Part shown: piece by piece, positions 59,759-64,000 of the stretch
How the letters are laid out: every line of letters begins with the position of its first letter
Numbering within the stretch: position 1 is the first letter of the stretch
Assembly: GCA_965202625.1 (NCBI GenBank)
Contig: CBDBBI010000010.1
Span: 1,056,001-1,120,000, forward strand
Direction: 5' to 3'
Length of the DNA: 64,000 bases
DNA from: a bacterium
GTDB lineage: Bacteria > UBA8248
The notes under the pieces: model-generated
What the model saw: the letters and a program-made list of their open reading frames with translations, nothing else
Told to the model about the DNA's origin: nothing
The model's database searches: none
Translations under genes and position numbers: made by a program

Positions 59759-60946
59759 CTAGTTCTTGCCTCTCTCGCTCCATTTGGGCATCGGCAGTTT
59801 ATAGGGGACTTCGGCGATTTTCTTCGGCCAGACGACCCTGCGTTTGCCCTCGAGAATCTGGAACGTCAGGCCATCGCGCTCGTTGAGGTTGTTCTCATCC
59901 ACCTTCCACTTCCCCATCACGGTCTGAAACTCCGAGGCGCGCAGCGTCTTCCAGACCTTGTGGCGGTCGTGGGAGCCCGCCTTCTGAATCGCCTTGGCCA
60001 CCACCTGTATCGCTCCATAGGCCATGGCGACGTGGTCGCTCGGCTTCACGCCGTGTCGCTTCTCGTAGGAGGCGATCAGGCGTCTCATGCCTGGAAACTT
60101 CAGTGCGCCGGGTTGCGGCTCCCACTGACTGAAGCCCAGAACGTATTCCGCCGTGTCGCCGAGCTGCTTGGCGAATTTCGGGAGACCAGGGCCGATGGTT
60201 CCGGCGAAAATCCTGAGGTTGATGTTGATCTCTCGCAGCTGGCGAATCTGCGCGGCGGCGTCGGCGAAGTAGCTGTTCGAGAAGAGCGCCTCCGCGCGGC
60301 GCGCCTTGATCTTCTGAAGAAGCGCGGTGAAGTCCGTCTGCTTGCGCGGATAGTTCTCGTTCAGCACCACTTCCAGGCCCAGCTTCTTCGCCCACTCCAC
60401 GGCACCCTCCGCCGACTGCCGAGGGAAGAGGCTGTCCTCGCCCACGATGGCGATTCGCTTCACGCCGATTTCCCTGGCAATGTGAAGTGCGCCCTTATGG
60501 TTTTTCTGGGCGACGGCGTTTTGATTGAACAGGTATTTTCGGCCCTTCTCCCACACCGCCCTGGAGGAGGCACCAGGAGCCAGCGTGGGGTATTTGTGCC
60601 TCTCAAAAATGTTGGCCACCGCGTCGGTGATGCCGCTGGAGTAGGGGCCGAGAGTCAGGTCCACCTTGTCCTGCGTGATGAGCTTCTCGTAGAGTTTGAT
60701 GCTGGTCTGCTTGTCCGACTTATCATCCAGAAGAATCAGCCTGATCTTCTTGCCCAGCAGGCCGCCCCTGGCGTTCTGCTGATCGGCGAACAGGCGATAG
60801 GCGTTGACGAACCGGCCGGCGGGCTCCGCGTAGCGGCCCGTGTGGGAGATGGATCCGCCAATGGCGATCTCGTCCGACGCCAGTGCCGGGCTCCCGAGAA
60901 GCGTTGCGCTCCATGCGAGCGCGATGAAGGCGTGCGCCGCTTTCAT
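59759..60946 (-). CDS. HAAT ABC substrate-binding protein, paralog 2
   Basis: Start MKAAHAF with RBS GGAGG; highly similar to paralog 1. Confidence 0.9.
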   Translation of the reverse strand: MKAAHAFIALAWSATLLGSPALASDEIAIGGSISHTGRYAEPAGRFVNAYRLFADQQNARGGLLGKKIRLILLDDKSDKQTSIKLYEKLITQDKVDLTLGPYSSGITDAVANIFERHKYPTLAPGASSRAVWEKGRKYLFNQNAVAQKNHKGALHIAREIGVKRIAIVGEDSLFPRQSAEGAVEWAKKLGLEVVLNENYPRKQTDFTALLQKIKARRAEALFSNSYFADAAAQIRQLREININLRIFAGTIGPGLPKFAKQLGDTAEYVLGFSQWEPQPGALKFPGMRRLIASYEKRHGVKPSDHVAMAYGAIQVVAKAIQKAGSHDRHKVWKTLRASEFQTVMGKWKVDENNLNERDGLTFQILEGKRRVVWPKKIAEVPYKLPMPKWSERGKN

Positions 60947-61177
60947 CTTCTTGCCCTCCTTGATTGAACAGGGTGGAAAAGGATTATAGAAACGTCGCGG
61001 CGACACGTTCGCCTGGTCAAAACGCTTTCCACAACAGGACGAAACGAAAGCCCATCGGACGCGACGCCGAGAAAATGGGAACCGACAAGACGCGAAACGC
61101 CGTCCCCTTACGGTGGGCTTCATGGGAGGTGGGGCAGATTGAACAGCAACTGAATTCTAGCCCGGCAGGAGAAAAAC

Positions 61178-61639
61178 TCAAAGTCGCTCTTTTTCACGCT
61201 TGCCAGGCTCCGCAGTCGCCACGTCCACCGCGCACTCCTCCACCCAGACCGCCCCGTCTTCGCAATGCTCTTTCTTCCATATCGGCACGATCTGCTTGAT
61301 GCGGTCAATCGCGTAGCGGCACGCCTTGAAGGCCGCGTCCCGATGGGCGGAAGCCGCCGCGATGCCCACCGCGACGTCGCCCACGTGAAGTGCTCCCACG
61401 CGATGGGCCATCGCCAGATGGACGACGCCGAAACGCTCCTCGATCTCCTCGGCGACCTGGCGCATCTTTTTCTCCGCCATCCCAGGATAGGCATGATACT
61501 CCAGGCGCGTGACACTCCGTCCACCGCTGTGGTTTCTGACCCTGCCGACGAACGCACAAACCCCGCCCAGTTCGGGAGCGTCCACGCTGCGCGTCAGCAC
61601 ATCCACGTCAATGGCTGAATCCGTGATGCGGCAAATCAT
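61178..61639 (-). CDS. moaE: Molybdopterin synthase catalytic subunit
   Basis: FVGRVRN, LEYHAY, HRVG, AHR, PIWKKE. Confidence 0.95.
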   Translation of the reverse strand: MICRITDSAIDVDVLTRSVDAPELGGVCAFVGRVRNHSGGRSVTRLEYHAYPGMAEKKMRQVAEEIEERFGVVHLAMAHRVGALHVGDVAVGIAAASAHRDAAFKACRYAIDRIKQIVPIWKKEHCEDGAVWVEECAVDVATAEPGKREKERL

Positions 61640-61887
61640 GCGACGCCTCCGCTAATGGGGGGAATCAGTGCCAGTTCGTCGTCCGCCTCCACAGGTGTCC
61701 CCTCGCCCGCGAACTCGTGGTTGACGGAGACGGCGATGGACTCCATCCGCCCGGAAAACACCGGAAACCGCGCCGAGAGGCTCTCCCGTAAGTCATTCAC
61801 CGTCGCGCTATCGGGCACTTCAAGGTCGATTTCATCCTCTCCGGTCACCTCCTTCGCCCAAGCGAAACATTTGACGCGAACCCTCAT
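61636..61887 (-). CDS. moaD: Molybdopterin synthase sulfur carrier
   Basis: VKCFA...SVNHEF...DELALIPPISGGVA. Confidence 0.92.
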   Translation of the reverse strand: MRVRVKCFAWAKEVTGEDEIDLEVPDSATVNDLRESLSARFPVFSGRMESIAVSVNHEFAGEGTPVEADDELALIPPISGGVA

Positions 61888-62145
61888 GCGCTTCCCCACC
61901 AGATAAAAGAACGGACGCCGCCGGAAGGAAACCATCCCCCCTCCAAAGCACCGCAGGTCCTCATGTGAAACCTCATATGAAGCCTCGCCAACAAAAAGCG
62001 ACAACGCTCCAACACCCCTCACTCCCACCGTCACATCACTTGAGAATGATAGATATTTCACCCGGCAGAATCAAGAGGGGGGGCTGCAGCATCTTTCATC
62101 TTTCATCGCCCCTCATTTTTATTTTTCGGTGTATACTCGCCGCCC

Positions 62146-63303
62146 ATGAAAATCGCCTCTCATCCCGAATTGTCCAAAGCCCTCTCGGAAGCGCTGAAAA
62201 ACGGCCCCATCCCCTTTCGCCGCTTCATGGAACTCGCCCTCTACCATCCGGTGGGCGGCTATTATTGCCAGGAAAACGCCCGAATCGGACCCGACGGGGA
62301 TTTCTACACCAGTCCCCATCAAAGTCCCTGGCTCGGAAGGATGATAGCGCCGCTTCTTGAGAAAATCTGGCGCGGCATGGGCGAGACGCCCTCGTTGCGC
62401 CTGTGGGAATATGGGCCGGGGGAGGGGTGGCTCGCCTTTGACATTCTGGAGTCAATTCGCTCCTCGCGCCCGGATTTCAGCCAGGCCGTCTCCTACGCGC
62501 TCGCCGAGCGAAGCGCTACGGCCAAAAAGCGCATCCAGCAAAGACTGGGCGGCAGCCATGACGTTCAATTCCTGGACGGCGCGCGATACCCGCCCACTCG
62601 CTTCGAGGGCGTCGTGCTCGCCCATGAGTTTCTGGACGCCCTGCCCGTCCACGCCCTCATCCAGAGAGAGACGTGCCTTAAGGAGAGATACGTGGCGTGG
62701 CGCGATTCACGTCTTCGCTTCTGCGAGGACGCGCCCTCCAACGAACGCCTGCGCCGCTGGCTCCCCGAATTGGGGGTCCGGCTCTCGCCCGGTCAGATGG
62801 CGGAGGTGAACTTGTGCGCCTTCGACTGGATGAGCGAGATGGCGCGCCGCATGGAGCGCGGCGCTATGTTGATCTTCGACTATGGCTTCTCCGCGCGCGT
62901 TCTCTACGGCCCCACCCGGTCAGAGGGCACGCTTCGTGGCTACAGAAACCACGCCCTGATCGGCGACGCGCTCTCCCGCCCCGGAGAAACCGATCTCACC
63001 AGCCACGTCGACTTCACGTCCATCCTGCGGGCGGCGAGGTCCCAAAACATGGAACTTGCCGGTTTTACCGATCAGGCACGCTTTCTCCTAGGAGCCGGTC
63101 TGCCCCGCACGGCGGCGAGCCTGGGGGGCGATGACGAAAAAACGCGGCGAGAACGGAGGGCCATCATGGGCATCATGGACCCCACGGGTCTGGGCGGGGC
63201 CATAAAGGTCATGTTCCTGGTCAAAAACCTGGCCGTGAATGATTTGAGCGAGTTTTCGATGAAGCCCGACGACAGAGCGTCTCTCGATACGCTCTCGGAC
63301 TAA
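62146..63303 (+). CDS. SAM-dependent methyltransferase, MidA/NDUFAF7 family
   Basis: FMELALYHPVGGYY, GDFYTSP, EYGPGEG, HEFLDALP, DYG, DLTSHVDF. Confidence 0.92.
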   Translation: MKIASHPELSKALSEALKNGPIPFRRFMELALYHPVGGYYCQENARIGPDGDFYTSPHQSPWLGRMIAPLLEKIWRGMGETPSLRLWEYGPGEGWLAFDILESIRSSRPDFSQAVSYALAERSATAKKRIQQRLGGSHDVQFLDGARYPPTRFEGVVLAHEFLDALPVHALIQRETCLKERYVAWRDSRLRFCEDAPSNERLRRWLPELGVRLSPGQMAEVNLCAFDWMSEMARRMERGAMLIFDYGFSARVLYGPTRSEGTLRGYRNHALIGDALSRPGETDLTSHVDFTSILRAARSQNMELAGFTDQARFLLGAGLPRTAASLGGDDEKTRRERRAIMGIMDPTGLGGAIKVMFLVKNLAVNDLSEFSMKPDDRASLDTLSD

Positions 63304-64000
63304 CCCTCCGCCGGACGGACGGCGCACAGTTCGAGCTGCGTCCTCGCGCTCCCGCGCCAGCGGTTCAGGCTCGGGGAGAACGCGACGTCCAGTTTTCCCC
63401 TCAGACGATCTGGCTCCTTGAGCAGAGCGCCCATGCCAAACCCAATGGCCTCCCTCTCATCATCGCGAAACTGCCGCAAGCGCAACTTCAGGTGCTCGCC
63501 CTCTCGACCCACCACGCCCGGGCTTCCAACCACCTCGACCCGAGAAGAGCAAAACAGTGGACTCGGGTTCTCCTCTCCAAAGGGCGCCATGTCCTCCAGT
63601 CGCTCCAGAAGGGGAACGTCCACCTCGGATAGGTCAACGGCGGCGTCAAGCACGAGCTGACGCTCATCCGCGCCAGGCGCCCGCATTTCGCGAGCCACCT
63701 CCTGGAAGCGCGCCCTGAAATCAGCAATTTTCCGCTCCTCCACCCTCAGCCCCGCCGCGCCCTTGTGCCCGCCGAACTGGATCAAGAGGTCCGCGCATCG
63801 CTCAAGCGCGTCATACACGTGAACCCCCAAGGCCGAGCGAACCGATCCCTTGCCCACCCCATCCTTGACGTGGATGAGAACCGAGGGCTGGCGATACGCC
63901 TCCACGAGTTTCGACGCCACGATGCCCACCACGCCGGGGTGCCACCTCTCGCTCGAGAGCACGATGGCCTCATCAGAAGCATCGGCTCCCGATGATTCCA
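63300..64000 (-). CDS. recJ: ssDNA exonuclease RecJ, C-terminal part (5'-partial)
   Basis: WHPGVVGIVASKL, GSVRS, FGGHKGAAGL, APFGEENPSP. Confidence 0.93.
   Translation of the reverse strand, partial: ESSGADASDEAIVLSSERWHPGVVGIVASKLVEAYRQPSVLIHVKDGVGKGSVRSALGVHVYDALERCADLLIQFGGHKGAAGLRVEERKIADFRARFQEVAREMRAPGADERQLVLDAAVDLSEVDVPLLERLEDMAPFGEENPSPLFCSSRVEVVGSPGVVGREGEHLKLRLRQFRDDEREAIGFGMGALLKEPDRLRGKLDVAFSPSLNRWRGSARTQLELCAVRPAEG

Overview
GC-rich bacterial chromosome segment of a diderm organism; the many LLM/F420, Gfo/Idh/MocA, cupin and ABC genes resemble Nitrospinota/Tectomicrobia-like lineages, which is only a guess. 0.4-5.3 kb is a rearranged Mu-like prophage remnant: DUF5131, an HNH/TcmP chimera, two tandem hypervariable lipoprotein cassettes each preceded by the 3' end of an S24 repressor gene, the repressor, a ner-like gene, an LmbU-like gene carrying two internal palindromes, and a truncated MuA. 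Next come prpE and a Rieske / b6-type cytochrome b / octaheme HAO-family operon. 10.7-21.3 kb is a catabolic/redox cluster that includes a CxxU AhpD-like selenoprotein with a SECIS-like hairpin. 21.5-24.4 kb is a second mosaic island (decayed DNA methylase, duplicated fragments). 25-45 kb holds accessory metabolism with two pseudogene clusters. The window ends with tRNA-fMet and core genes ftsB, hemL, mtnP, asd, leuBDC, trpABF, livFGMH with two livK-like genes, moaED, a MidA-type methyltransferase and partial recJ. All calls come from motif recognition by eye; no searches were run.
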